A stretch of DNA of 63,740 nt, the filler included, from Anaerolineae bacterium (GTDB lineage Bacteria > Chloroflexota > Anaerolineae > Epilineales > Epilineaceae): assembly GCA_029262755.1 (NCBI GenBank). It is 8 parts of 8 records of this genome, joined end to end, with 100 filler letters (N's around TTAATTAATTAA, not from the genome) between each part and the next. Parts side by side here need not be neighbours in the genome. Positions count along the whole stretch, not along the records: positions 32,287 to 47,311 come from JAJCYU010000368.1; positions 47,412 to 60,443 come from JAJCYU010000369.1; 6 more parts are not named here. One strand, written 5' to 3'. Within the stretch, counting starts at the first letter, position 1; every line of letters begins with the position of its first letter. Made by a program: the position numbers and the translations under genes. The notes below the pieces were generated by a model that searched no databases, was not told the origin of the DNA, and saw only the letters and a list, made by a program, of their open reading frames with translations. Of the stretch, positions 44,132-53,259 are shown in pieces.

Positions 44132-46888
44132 ATGCTCCCGCTCCCGCTCCTGCACCCGTCCCCGCCCCGCCCCCGCCCCCGCCAACGCCCCCTGCGCCCA
44201 CGCCCCCACGGGCCCGCCATCGGCATCCTGCCTCCGATCCTCCTCGCCCTCGTCCTCGCGCTCCTCGCCGTACTCGCGCGCCCCGTCCCCGCGTCCGCGG
44301 ATGACCCCGCGCCCCCGTCGTTGGCCGGACCCGCGGCGCCCGCGCGGCTCGCGTTCTCTGTGCGTCCGCCGGGCGAGGCGCTCGACGCGCTCTCCGAGGT
44401 GCGCGACCTTGCGGTGGGGCCGGACGGGACGCTCTATGTGGCGGATCCGGGCGGGTGCCGCGTGATCCGGGTGGCGCCGGATGGCCGGACGCTCGGCGCT
44501 TGGGGCGGCTGCGGGCACGCGGACGGCCGGTTCTTCGTCCCATCCGCGCTGGCCGTCGCGCCGGACGGCAGGGTGGCCGTGGCGGATGCCGGGCTCGGCC
44601 GCATTCAGATCTTCGACGCGCGGGGGTCGTGGCTGCGCACGATCGACGCGCGCGGGATCGACTGTCGCCAAGCGCATGGAGTATGTCCGGCCCGGCCTTG
44701 GGACGGCCTACTCGGGCTCACCTTCGACCGGTCCGGCGACCTTCACGTGATCGACATGCTCCAGGAGCGCCGCCCATCCACGTTGCATGTGCGCACATGG
44801 GCGCGCATCGGCGCGGATGGCAGTGTGCAGGCGAAGGAGCAGCTGAGCTGGCAACCGACTTCGATCAAGCTCGCCAGCCTCACCACCACGCGCCGCGGAA
44901 CGCTGATGGGCCTCACGAATTCGGGCGCCATCATTCGCATCGTCCCGGGTTCGGGCGACGAACCGATGCTCACCCTTTCGCCGCGTCGCGTCACGTCGGA
45001 CCTGGACGTCGGCCCGGACGATGGCATCTGGGCCGTCGCGCATCGCGAGATCGTGCTGCACGATCCCACGGGCCGCGTTCGTCGTACGTGGCCCGTCGCC
45101 GAAACCGAGGGCTTCACCGCGGTGGCCGTGGCCCCAGACGGCACGGTCTACGCCGCGGCTACGCTCATCCGCGCTTCGCTGTTGGCATCGGTGGGTCAGG
45201 CGTTGGCGTCGACGCCGTCCGCCATTTGGCGGCTGAGGCCGGACGCGCTTGAAGAGGGGCCGGAGCCGTTCTGGGGCCGGCCGACTACGTCCGCAGCATC
45301 GCAGGCCATGTCGCTGCGCGCTGTCGCGGCGGGCGGCGGCCGTGTGCACTTGCTTCACAACGCTCGATACTGGGTGGACGCGACTTCGGGGGGCGGATCG
45401 CTTGTGCTGCCACCCCAGGTGGTGACACTCGACGCCGCCGGCCAGGAGATCGCCCAGTGGGGCGGCCGCGGCCTCGAGCCCGGCTCCTTCGCGTGGCTTC
45501 AGCGCTATAGCGGAGGCCCCAAGGGCCCGCTCGATCTCGCGGTGGGGCCGGACGGCGACGTGCATGTGGCCGACACGGAGGCCGACCGCGTCCAGCGCTT
45601 CGACCGCAACGGCCGGCTCAAGGGGCTTTCCACCCGGTCGGACTATGGCCCGCTCCCGCTCCCGATCGGCGTCGCGGTCGCGGACGACGGCACCGTGGCG
45701 GTCCTGAACGACCGACTGCGGATCTTCCGCTTCGGCCCCGATGGCGAGCCGTTTCCCACGACGCTCGACACATCGGACGTCCCTACGCTGGCGGGGTCAC
45801 CGCCGGAGTGGCATCCGCTCGCCATGACGCGCGACGGCAGCGCCGTGGACCTCGTGGCCTGGGGCTACAACAATTCGAACGAGTACCAATTCGTCGTGCG
45901 CCGGTCGTTGCACGACGGCGCGGAGCTCGCGCGGCGCAGGCTGCCCAACTTCAACGTAGGAATGAGCCCGCCAAGCAGCATGGCCATCGATCCATGGAGC
46001 GGGCCCGTGGTCATCGTAGACGGCCACATCCTCGCGGACGCGTCACCGGACGGCTGGCGCGCGGCGATCCCCGTGCAGCAGCCGCCGTACCAAGAGTATC
46101 CGATGCTGTCGATGGACCTGGACGAGAACGGCGACGCGTGGGTGGCGGGACTCGCGTATCGGAATATCGGACCTCAGAGCGACCAGGTGCCCGTGATACA
46201 ACGCCGGCTGCATCGCTACACCCGCGTCTGGCCGACCACGTGGCGCGCCGAACTCTCGGCCGACCCGCACTTCGGCGGCCGCCCCCTCGTCGTGACAATG
46301 ACCGAGGGCCTCGCCTTGGCGGAAGCGCCCGCTGCGATACTCGCCGACGGATCCGCTGACACGCCCGCCGAGATGTCCCGCGATGCGCTCACCCGTGCGC
46401 AATCCAGCGCCATCGCGGACGCGCTCGCCGCCACCTCCGCCGTGCGCTTCGAGCGCGTCCTTAGCGCCGCGGATCTCGCGCCGCCCGCACGTCCGGGCGA
46501 TCCGGACGACCCGGACGACCCGCCGGATCCTGCTGATCCATCCTCCGCCGCGTTGCGGGCCGCCGGGGGAACCTTCCGCTTCCACCTGCGCGTGGCCGGC
46601 GGCGCGCGCCTGTGGGTCGATGACGCGATCGTGGTCGACGATTGGGACGCGCCGCAGGTCGACGTCGCCCTCGACCGCTTCCTATCCGCCACGTGGGGCC
46701 ACCGCATCGTCGTAGAGGCGCGGACGGCGCCGGTGGAGGGCGCCGTCGCGCTCGACATCAGCCCGATCGGCGGCGCGCACCGCATCCACATTCCGATCGC
46801 CCACGGCGCGGGCCGTCTGGCCGACGCGCCGCCACCACCTCCGACACCGACCCCGTTGCCGGGATACCCAGGGCCCTCGGGTCCGTGA
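44132..46888 (+). CDS. Secreted NHL-repeat beta-propeller protein with a PA14-like C-terminal domain
   Basis: Hydrophobic N-terminus; LAVGPDGTLYVAD and DLAVGPDGDVHVADTEADRVQRF repeats; GTFRFHLRVAGGARLWVDDAIVVDDW (PA14-like). Confidence 0.8.
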   Translation: MLPLPLLHPSPPRPRPRQRPLRPRPHGPAIGILPPILLALVLALLAVLARPVPASADDPAPPSLAGPAAPARLAFSVRPPGEALDALSEVRDLAVGPDGTLYVADPGGCRVIRVAPDGRTLGAWGGCGHADGRFFVPSALAVAPDGRVAVADAGLGRIQIFDARGSWLRTIDARGIDCRQAHGVCPARPWDGLLGLTFDRSGDLHVIDMLQERRPSTLHVRTWARIGADGSVQAKEQLSWQPTSIKLASLTTTRRGTLMGLTNSGAIIRIVPGSGDEPMLTLSPRRVTSDLDVGPDDGIWAVAHREIVLHDPTGRVRRTWPVAETEGFTAVAVAPDGTVYAAATLIRASLLASVGQALASTPSAIWRLRPDALEEGPEPFWGRPTTSAASQAMSLRAVAAGGGRVHLLHNARYWVDATSGGGSLVLPPQVVTLDAAGQEIAQWGGRGLEPGSFAWLQRYSGGPKGPLDLAVGPDGDVHVADTEADRVQRFDRNGRLKGLSTRSDYGPLPLPIGVAVADDGTVAVLNDRLRIFRFGPDGEPFPTTLDTSDVPTLAGSPPEWHPLAMTRDGSAVDLVAWGYNNSNEYQFVVRRSLHDGAELARRRLPNFNVGMSPPSSMAIDPWSGPVVIVDGHILADASPDGWRAAIPVQQPPYQEYPMLSMDLDENGDAWVAGLAYRNIGPQSDQVPVIQRRLHRYTRVWPTTWRAELSADPHFGGRPLVVTMTEGLALAEAPAAILADGSADTPAEMSRDALTRAQSSAIADALAATSAVRFERVLSAADLAPPARPGDPDDPDDPPDPADPSSAALRAAGGTFRFHLRVAGGARLWVDDAIVVDDWDAPQVDVALDRFLSATWGHRIVVEARTAPVEGAVALDISPIGGAHRIHIPIAHGAGRLADAPPPPPTPTPLPGYPGPSGP

Positions 46889-47166
46889 GCGACACGATTG
46901 CGTTCCAATATCGCTCGCCAGCAACGGCCGACGACATTGCTCGCGACCACCGGTCGCCAGCACCGGTCGCCAGCACCGCTCGCAACTCGCCGCCTACCCG
47001 CGTGCTCGCGACGACGGTCGAGTCCGGGCGATTCATCGGCTGCTGTATCCTTCGCGCGTCCGTCGTGGTCGCCGCGCAACAAGCGACCTCGCGGGTCTTG
47101 GCAACCACCGTTGTCCGTCGCGACCTGAGTCGCCCGAGTTGCCCGAGCCCGCGAGACCCAAGCTAG

Positions 47167-47311
<145 letters not shown>

Positions 47312-47411
47312 NNNNNNNNNNNNNNNNNNNNNNNNNNNNNNNNNNNNNNNNNNNNTTAATTAATTAANNNNNNNNNNNNNNNNNNNNNNNNNNNNNNNNN
47401 NNNNNNNNNNN
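47312..47411. other. Artificial contig linker
   Basis: N44-TTAATTAATTAA-N44. Confidence 0.97.
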
Positions 47412-47801
47412 CGGGCGATCCCGTAGCCGAGGCCGTGCTGAGCTGGCTGGATGCGCGGATGCGGTAGGGGGGTGCGACGGCGCGGCGCGCTGGACCCGGC
47501 CCCCTGGATCACGCGGGGACCGCGAACCGCTCTCACCGCAGCTTGCCAAGGCTGTGGACCGTGTACTGCAAATTGTCACGGTTGGGATCGACGTGACGAG
47601 CCGCTGGATGAACCCTGACGAGCCGCTAAACGGATGCTGACGAGGGGCACGACAGCATCCGCCGAGCGGCTGTGCAAGCAGGTGGAATGAGGCGAACACG
47701 CACGAATGAGGCGGCTCCCCGCGAGGGAGAGCCGCCTCGGATCTCGTCGGTCGCGCGTCGTGGCGGCCGGAGCAGATCCGCTCCGCGCGCCGCGCTGCGC
47801 G

Positions 47802-48224
47802 CTAGGCCGCGAGATCCACCCCCGGCGGCAGCTCGACCGGGTCTTCCGGGTGCGCTTCGTCCCACATCGCGACGAGCTCGGCGGTGCTCAGGCCGATGTT
47901 CTCGCGCAGGACGACGTCGCCCTTGAATGCGCCCGGGGTGGCCAGCGCGTTGCGCAGCTCGGAGGCGGCGCGGATGTTGGGCCGCAGCCGGCCGTCGGTG
48001 CCCATGGAGACGCTGAAGCGCCCGACGCCGGGAAGGCTCACGGGGTGCCCCTCCAACAGGGCGATGCGAATCTGCTCGGCGAGGTCGTAGAGCACCATCT
48101 GCGCGATGGAGGTCTTGACCAACGAGCCGTGGGTCAGGCGCACCGTAAGGGTATCGAGACCGATGGTGTCCTTAGATGCGACGCGGGGTCGGAAGGCGGT
48201 GACGGCTTGAATCAACGTGGCCAT
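47802..48224 (-). CDS. HU/IHF-like DNA-binding domain protein (divergent type)
   Basis: AAGGAG RBS; LLEGHPVSLPGVGRFSV resembles the HU G..V.L.GFG.F motif. Confidence 0.7.
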   Translation of the reverse strand: MATLIQAVTAFRPRVASKDTIGLDTLTVRLTHGSLVKTSIAQMVLYDLAEQIRIALLEGHPVSLPGVGRFSVSMGTDGRLRPNIRAASELRNALATPGAFKGDVVLRENIGLSTAELVAMWDEAHPEDPVELPPGVDLAA

Positions 48225-48453
48225 AGCAATCTCCTTTCACGATCTAGAGGCCAAACAAGAAGGAAAAGCGGTCGGGGCGGTGGGTGAAGGGCGGTCCTGG
48301 TGGGGCGGATCTGGAGGGCGGGTGCGGGGCGGATTTGGGTAAGGAGGTTGAAGCGCTTCGGGGGAGGGAACGTGGCAGCAAGGCGAGCGGTTCCTCGTGT
48401 TTGATGAGGGTTTGGTGAGGGGGCGTAGGGGGGCGGGGAGGACGGGCGTGCCT

Positions 48454-49320
48454 TCAGGCGCGCGCGATGGTCACAACGCAGCCCGTGTGATCGCTCAACC
48501 GCCGGCCGTCCGCGTCACGGTTGCCGAAGCCCTCGACCGACGTGGCGCGCAGCCCGCCGGAAACGGCGAGGTGGTCGATCAGCGGCCGCGCCGGGTCGTC
48601 GTCCCGCGTCGCGGTGGCGCCGGCCGTCACGATGGACCACGGCGACGCGAAGACCTGTGCGAGCCGATCGGTAGGCGCGAGCGGCTGGCCCTTCGCGCGT
48701 GGTACGGTCTGGTTGAAGTCGCCGCCGGCGATGGTGGGGATCGAGGCGTCGGCAACGCTGTCGGCGAGGATGGGTGCGAGCGCGTCCAGGTAGGCCATAT
48801 GGTCCTGCCACGGCCGCCGGCGGACGGGGCTCCAGCGCACGCGAGCAAAGTGCCACGAGATGCACAGGCCGTGAACGCGCACAGGGCCGAGCACGGTCGT
48901 GGTGGTGCCGGAGACCATGCGGCCGGCGAGAACGGCGCGCGGGTCTTCGTGGTCGTCGGGGCCGAAGGTGGTGGCGGTACCGTCCGTGTCGCCGGATGCG
49001 CTTTCGTCGGTATGCGCACTCGGCAGGCTCAGCCGAAGCCGCTCAAACGCCGCGTAGTCTTCGACCTCCGTCCACGGCTCGCGGCTCCAGGCGAGCACGC
49101 GTCGCTCGGCCGGACGGAAATACGCGTCGGGCAGCGGCCGGGCGGTGATGACGTGCCCGCCCGGCGGCAAGAGCCCCGTCTCGCCCTCCGTGAGGAGCAC
49201 GATGTCCGGCGCATACCGGGCGAGGAACGCGGGGATGCGCGAGCCGGTGGGGCCGCGGGGGGACTTGCGCTCGGCGTTCCAGACGAGGATGCGGGGGGAA
49301 GGGCCCGGGCTCAAGGTCAT
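48454..49320 (-). CDS. Endonuclease/exonuclease/phosphatase (EEP) family protein
   Basis: ILVWN, PDIVLLTE, AGGDFN, IDHLAV, LSDH. Confidence 0.88.
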   Translation of the reverse strand: MTLSPGPSPRILVWNAERKSPRGPTGSRIPAFLARYAPDIVLLTEGETGLLPPGGHVITARPLPDAYFRPAERRVLAWSREPWTEVEDYAAFERLRLSLPSAHTDESASGDTDGTATTFGPDDHEDPRAVLAGRMVSGTTTTVLGPVRVHGLCISWHFARVRWSPVRRRPWQDHMAYLDALAPILADSVADASIPTIAGGDFNQTVPRAKGQPLAPTDRLAQVFASPWSIVTAGATATRDDDPARPLIDHLAVSGGLRATSVEGFGNRDADGRRLSDHTGCVVTIARA

Positions 49321-49467
49321 GGCAGATCGTCCTGGGGGAGGGCTGGAGTGCGTGCCCAGGATGTATGCTCCAGCGTGGCCGTGGAAGCGGCAGCGTGCCA
49401 TGCGCCTGCCATGCGCGTGCGATCGGCCCTGATGGGATCTTTCCGAGGAATCCGTGGAGCGCGAAGA

Positions 49468-50088
49468 ATGAGCAAGCCCCAGCGGCGGAATGCCGGCGAA
49501 CCCAGCGCGGTTGCGTCGCGCCGGTCGGAGCGCGTCGTGCTCATCGGGCCGATGAAGGCGGGCAAGACGACGGTCGGACGGCTGGTGGCCGAGCGGCTCG
49601 TGCTGCCTTTCGTGTCGCTGGACGAGCTGGAGCGGGACTATGTGATGGCGGCCGGCTTCGACGAGCAGCGCGCGGCTTTCATACGCGAGCGCGAGGGCGA
49701 CTGGGCGTGGTATGGGTACCGTCGCCGCTTCTTCATGGCCGCCGTCGAGCGTTTCTTGGCCGAGCACACAACGGGCGTTCTCGAGCTGGGAAGAGGCCAC
49801 CCGATCGTGCCGGACGCGGAGGATCAGGCGCGTATCGTCCGCGCGCTGGAGGCGGCGCGGCCCGTGGTGTTGCTGCTGCCCGCGCGTGACCGTGCCGAGT
49901 GCTTGCGCGTCCTACGCGCGCGCCAGCGTCCAGAACACCTGGCGCAGGGAGACTGGAACGAGGACTTCCTCGCGGACGACCGCTACGAGCGACTGGCAAC
50001 GCACGTGGTGTTGACCGAAGGACGCTCGGCGGAGACGGTTGCGGAGGTTGTGGTGGCGGTAGTGCGGGGTGGCGGCGCCGGAAGTTGA
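49468..50088 (+). CDS. Shikimate-kinase-like P-loop kinase
   Basis: VLIGPMKAGKTTVG, FVSLD, VLELGRG, YERLATHVV.T. Confidence 0.75.
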   Translation: MSKPQRRNAGEPSAVASRRSERVVLIGPMKAGKTTVGRLVAERLVLPFVSLDELERDYVMAAGFDEQRAAFIREREGDWAWYGYRRRFFMAAVERFLAEHTTGVLELGRGHPIVPDAEDQARIVRALEAARPVVLLLPARDRAECLRVLRARQRPEHLAQGDWNEDFLADDRYERLATHVVLTEGRSAETVAEVVVAVVRGGGAGS

Positions 50089-50173
50089 GGGATATTCTCG
50101 ATGAGAGACGCTGGGCGCATGCGCGCGCGATACGTAATGTGCGCTTCTCCGCACACCCCGTAGGAGGAACATC

Positions 50174-51133
50174 ATCGACCTCATTCACGACGTTCTCCGT
50201 CAGGTGCCGGGCTTCCGAACCGGACGACCATGGAAGAAATTCCTTGCATCGAGCGTGTATGGGTTTGTCGCCCTCCTCGTGCTAACCGGGGACGCGGTTG
50301 GATTCGTGCTTGGCGCCGGCTTGCTCTTCGGCTCAGCCCTCCTCACAAACTTCAAGGGACTGCGTGATCGTGTTCCGCTCGTCCGATCGAAGAATCTGTT
50401 CGGCAAGCTTAGCGGCTGGATCCTGCTTTTCTTTGGCGGGATGATCGCCTTGGGGGCGGTGGTGCCGGCCGTGCAGCCGGACGACGCGGCGTTGCAAGAC
50501 CCCATACGCGAGGCACGGACCGGTACAGACGAAGACGCTGTCAGCCCGTTGCTATCGAGTAAAGTGGACTCGGAAGATCAGGTCCCCGATGTGCCCCCAA
50601 CACAGCCGCCGGAGGTTGCTCCGACTGCGACTGATCGCCCTACCGAGACCGATGTGCCGCCTACTACCGCTCCTCCGACGGCCACCGTGTTGCCGGCTAC
50701 CGCGACGCCCGTGCCCCCGACGATCGCGCCGACCGAGCCACCGCCTCCGCCTCCGACCGACGTGCCACCGCAGCCGACAGCAGTGCCGCCTCCACCGGCG
50801 CCGGTGCCCGGCGTGGTCGTGATCTCGTACGTCTACTTTGATGGAGCCGTGTCTCGCACCGAGGATGATGAATACGCTCAGATCACCAATCAAGGTGGTA
50901 GCCCGGTGAATCTCGCCGGTTGGCGTCTGAATGCCGGGGATGACGGCCAGGACTTCCGGTTTCCAGGGTTTGACCTGGCACCTGGTCAATCCTGTCGCGT
51001 GTACACCAACGAACATCACCCTGAGTCGTGCGGTTTCAGCTTCGGCAGTGGCAAAGCACTCTGGAACAACAAGGGCGACTGTGGGCACCTGTACGATGCG
51101 CAGGGGCAAGAGGTCTCGTCGTACTGTTTTTGA
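50174..51133 (+). CDS. Membrane-anchored protein with a Pro/Thr stalk and C-terminal lamin-tail domain (start uncertain: ATC 50174 or GTG 50204)
   Basis: N-terminal TM helices; PT-rich linker; DEYAQITNQGGSPVNLAGWRL...LAPGQ...WNNKGD..LYD..G (LTD). Confidence 0.82.
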   Translation: MDLIHDVLRQVPGFRTGRPWKKFLASSVYGFVALLVLTGDAVGFVLGAGLLFGSALLTNFKGLRDRVPLVRSKNLFGKLSGWILLFFGGMIALGAVVPAVQPDDAALQDPIREARTGTDEDAVSPLLSSKVDSEDQVPDVPPTQPPEVAPTATDRPTETDVPPTTAPPTATVLPATATPVPPTIAPTEPPPPPPTDVPPQPTAVPPPPAPVPGVVVISYVYFDGAVSRTEDDEYAQITNQGGSPVNLAGWRLNAGDDGQDFRFPGFDLAPGQSCRVYTNEHHPESCGFSFGSGKALWNNKGDCGHLYDAQGQEVSSYCF

Positions 51134-51353
51134 GTCTAGGGACGGCGCGGGGGGTATGGCCGGCGTCCGAACCGCGGAACGGACAACTCTGAATGGCCAG
51201 GTCGCGCCAACAACAAAAGCTACTGGAGAGGGCTAAATCGTGCTGTTCGCGCTTGCTTCCACCGCGTGGGTGGGCGCTCTCCAGGCTCCTGAGCGGGCGA
51301 GAAAATGCGTCGGTGCCTTGGCAGCGACTGCCCCTGTAGCAAAGGACGGCAAG

Positions 51354-51911
51354 TTGGACGACCGCATAGTGTGCAGCCAATGTAAACGTTCTCTGGACGC
51401 CGAGAACGATTTCAACTGTTGCGGCTGGCTACATTGCCCCATCTGCGGTACAAGCGTCTCGTTCGACGGGGACTGCTGCCAGCACATTGTCGCATGGTCT
51501 TCCATGGTGGAAGGGGCTGGGCTACTGGTCGATTCGGGTCCTGTATCGGGCTTGGATTCGTTGATGACGTTCGAGGTCGATTTCAATGACCCACCTGAGT
51601 CGGTGAAGGGAGCCTTCCGTGGGCTATGGGTAGATCTTGATGGAAGCTACGAAGGGTGGGGAGAAATGCTCAATGACTTCCTTGAGCAACCGGCTGTGGA
51701 CTCCACTCTTGCTAGCCCGATCGTCTCGCAGATGTTCGAGCGAATTCGAGATGTGGCCGGCGTCGTGCTGCTAGAGCATTCCGAAGGGGCCCTTTGCGCG
51801 TTTGCGCCGGACGACAAGGTCTGCAAGTGCGTGGATTTGGTGGTGCGCGATGTCATGTCCGCCATCGAGAAAGGATTGCGAAGCGCCAGTGGGCGGCCGG
51901 CTCTGCGATGA
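51354..51911 (+). CDS. Hypothetical protein with an N-terminal Cys-rich putative Zn ribbon (start uncertain)
   Basis: CSQC, CCGWLHCPICG, CCQH; AAGGA before TTG 51354. Confidence 0.5.
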   Translation: MDDRIVCSQCKRSLDAENDFNCCGWLHCPICGTSVSFDGDCCQHIVAWSSMVEGAGLLVDSGPVSGLDSLMTFEVDFNDPPESVKGAFRGLWVDLDGSYEGWGEMLNDFLEQPAVDSTLASPIVSQMFERIRDVAGVVLLEHSEGALCAFAPDDKVCKCVDLVVRDVMSAIEKGLRSASGRPALR

Positions 51912-51938
51912 TTACGATCTTGTCTTTCTGGTGATCGA

Positions 51939-52094
51939 TTACACCCGCCTCTCCCATTCCGCATTCTTGAGTCGCCATTCATGCCTACCTCGCTGCCACT
52001 GAGAGAATAATGTCGCGAGAATGCTGAGCCCACCGCCTACCAGCGCGCCAATGATCACCATGACAATATCCTTGTCGATGGCAAACCCAAGCAC
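51939..52094 (-). CDS. Small (51 aa) single-TM ORF or truncated gene; below the ORF-track cutoff
   Basis: VLGFAIDKDIVMVIIGALVGGGLSILATLFSQWQRGRHEWRLKNAEWERRV*. Confidence 0.4.
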   Translation of the reverse strand: MLGFAIDKDIVMVIIGALVGGGLSILATLFSQWQRGRHEWRLKNAEWERRV

Positions 52095-52589
52095 ATCAAC
52101 AGCAATCTGCTGAGAAGCCTACAGTGGTATTCGTGGTCGTGCGCCAAGGAATTCCATCGTGTGGTCCGAGTCGGCGGCTATTCGCGTTAGAGAGAATAGT
52201 GAGGAGCGTTGTTCGCAGAGACGTACGTTATCGCGAACGTGGCGGTGGTGCGATCCGAAATGAACTCACCGCAAGATCACGGCGTTCCGATCGAGTCCCG
52301 ATCACCTGACGCCGCCCCCTCCCACCGCACCGACCGCCGGAAGTGTCCCGGCGCCCGATCCAATGACCGCCGATAGCTCAGCGTCGCATCGTTCACGCGC
52401 CAGAGTGCCCGCCGACGATCTCGCTACCGACTGAGCCCAACTGACTATGCGACCCATGAGCTCGCTCTCCACGCCTGCTGACAGATCCGCACGTGTCGGT
52501 CATGGCCGACGATCTCATGTCGACGCTCGGGCGACGGTTGAAAACGTCGGCGCCGAGGACAATGAAGCGATCGCCGGCAAGGCTAGTCC

Positions 52590-53120
52590 TCACCAGCAGA
52601 ACCAGGGGTTGGCAAGGTCGTCGATGCGGGGATCCTCGGTTAGTCGATGGCCCCTTGCGGCGAGAACGCGAAGGACCGCGTCTCTGGATGCGGCGGCGAT
52701 CGTGGCGTAGATGCCGTTGAGCCCCGTGGCTCCGAACGCTCCATGCGCATTCAGGACCTCCATGGGCACATCGTCATAGACAAGCGCCGCCAACGCCGGC
52801 GGCCAGTCCCCTTCTTCGAATGCCGTGATGTCGGACGTGCCGTCGAAGGGGGTGTCATCCGAAGGGGGTGCATCGTCAGGATTGCCGGGGTCCGCGTCAA
52901 GTGCGGAATCGAAGCCGCAGAGATCGCAAATCTCCGTGAACAGCTCCGGTGCTAGAGACGTGCGAAGCTCTCCCCATGTGGAGCACTCGAACACTTGATG
53001 CCGGGCAATCCAATGCTCAAGCGTATCGCGGCGCACGATGCCAAGCACCTGCTGGCCGTCCCATCGCTGCTCAATGACAGCCCAACAGAATTCGACGGGA
53101 CTGGTTGGGTCGTCGGCCAT
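52590..53120 (-). CDS. Hypothetical acidic protein, divergent from mcrB
   Basis: GGAGG RBS before ATG 53120; 176 aa with globular-like composition. Confidence 0.6.
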   Translation of the reverse strand: MADDPTSPVEFCWAVIEQRWDGQQVLGIVRRDTLEHWIARHQVFECSTWGELRTSLAPELFTEICDLCGFDSALDADPGNPDDAPPSDDTPFDGTSDITAFEEGDWPPALAALVYDDVPMEVLNAHGAFGATGLNGIYATIAAASRDAVLRVLAARGHRLTEDPRIDDLANPWFCW

Positions 53121-53259
53121 TCGTAGTCCTCCGGCGGATGAAGGCTGCCCGGACATCGTAAGCGCCGCAATGATCCAACTGCGACCGAGCGCATTGTACG
53201 TGCCCGTCTCCAGTTTCCCAGTACCATGTGTGTTCGCACTCATATCTGCCGGGCTATCA

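Noticed and set aside
48397..49800. Long overlapping N-terminal extensions of the EEP and kinase ORFs (likewise panE from 38860, trmD from 62614, NHL from 43856, mcrB from 53038)
   Set aside because: ORF-caller maximal starts; conserved domains and RBSs indicate downstream starts
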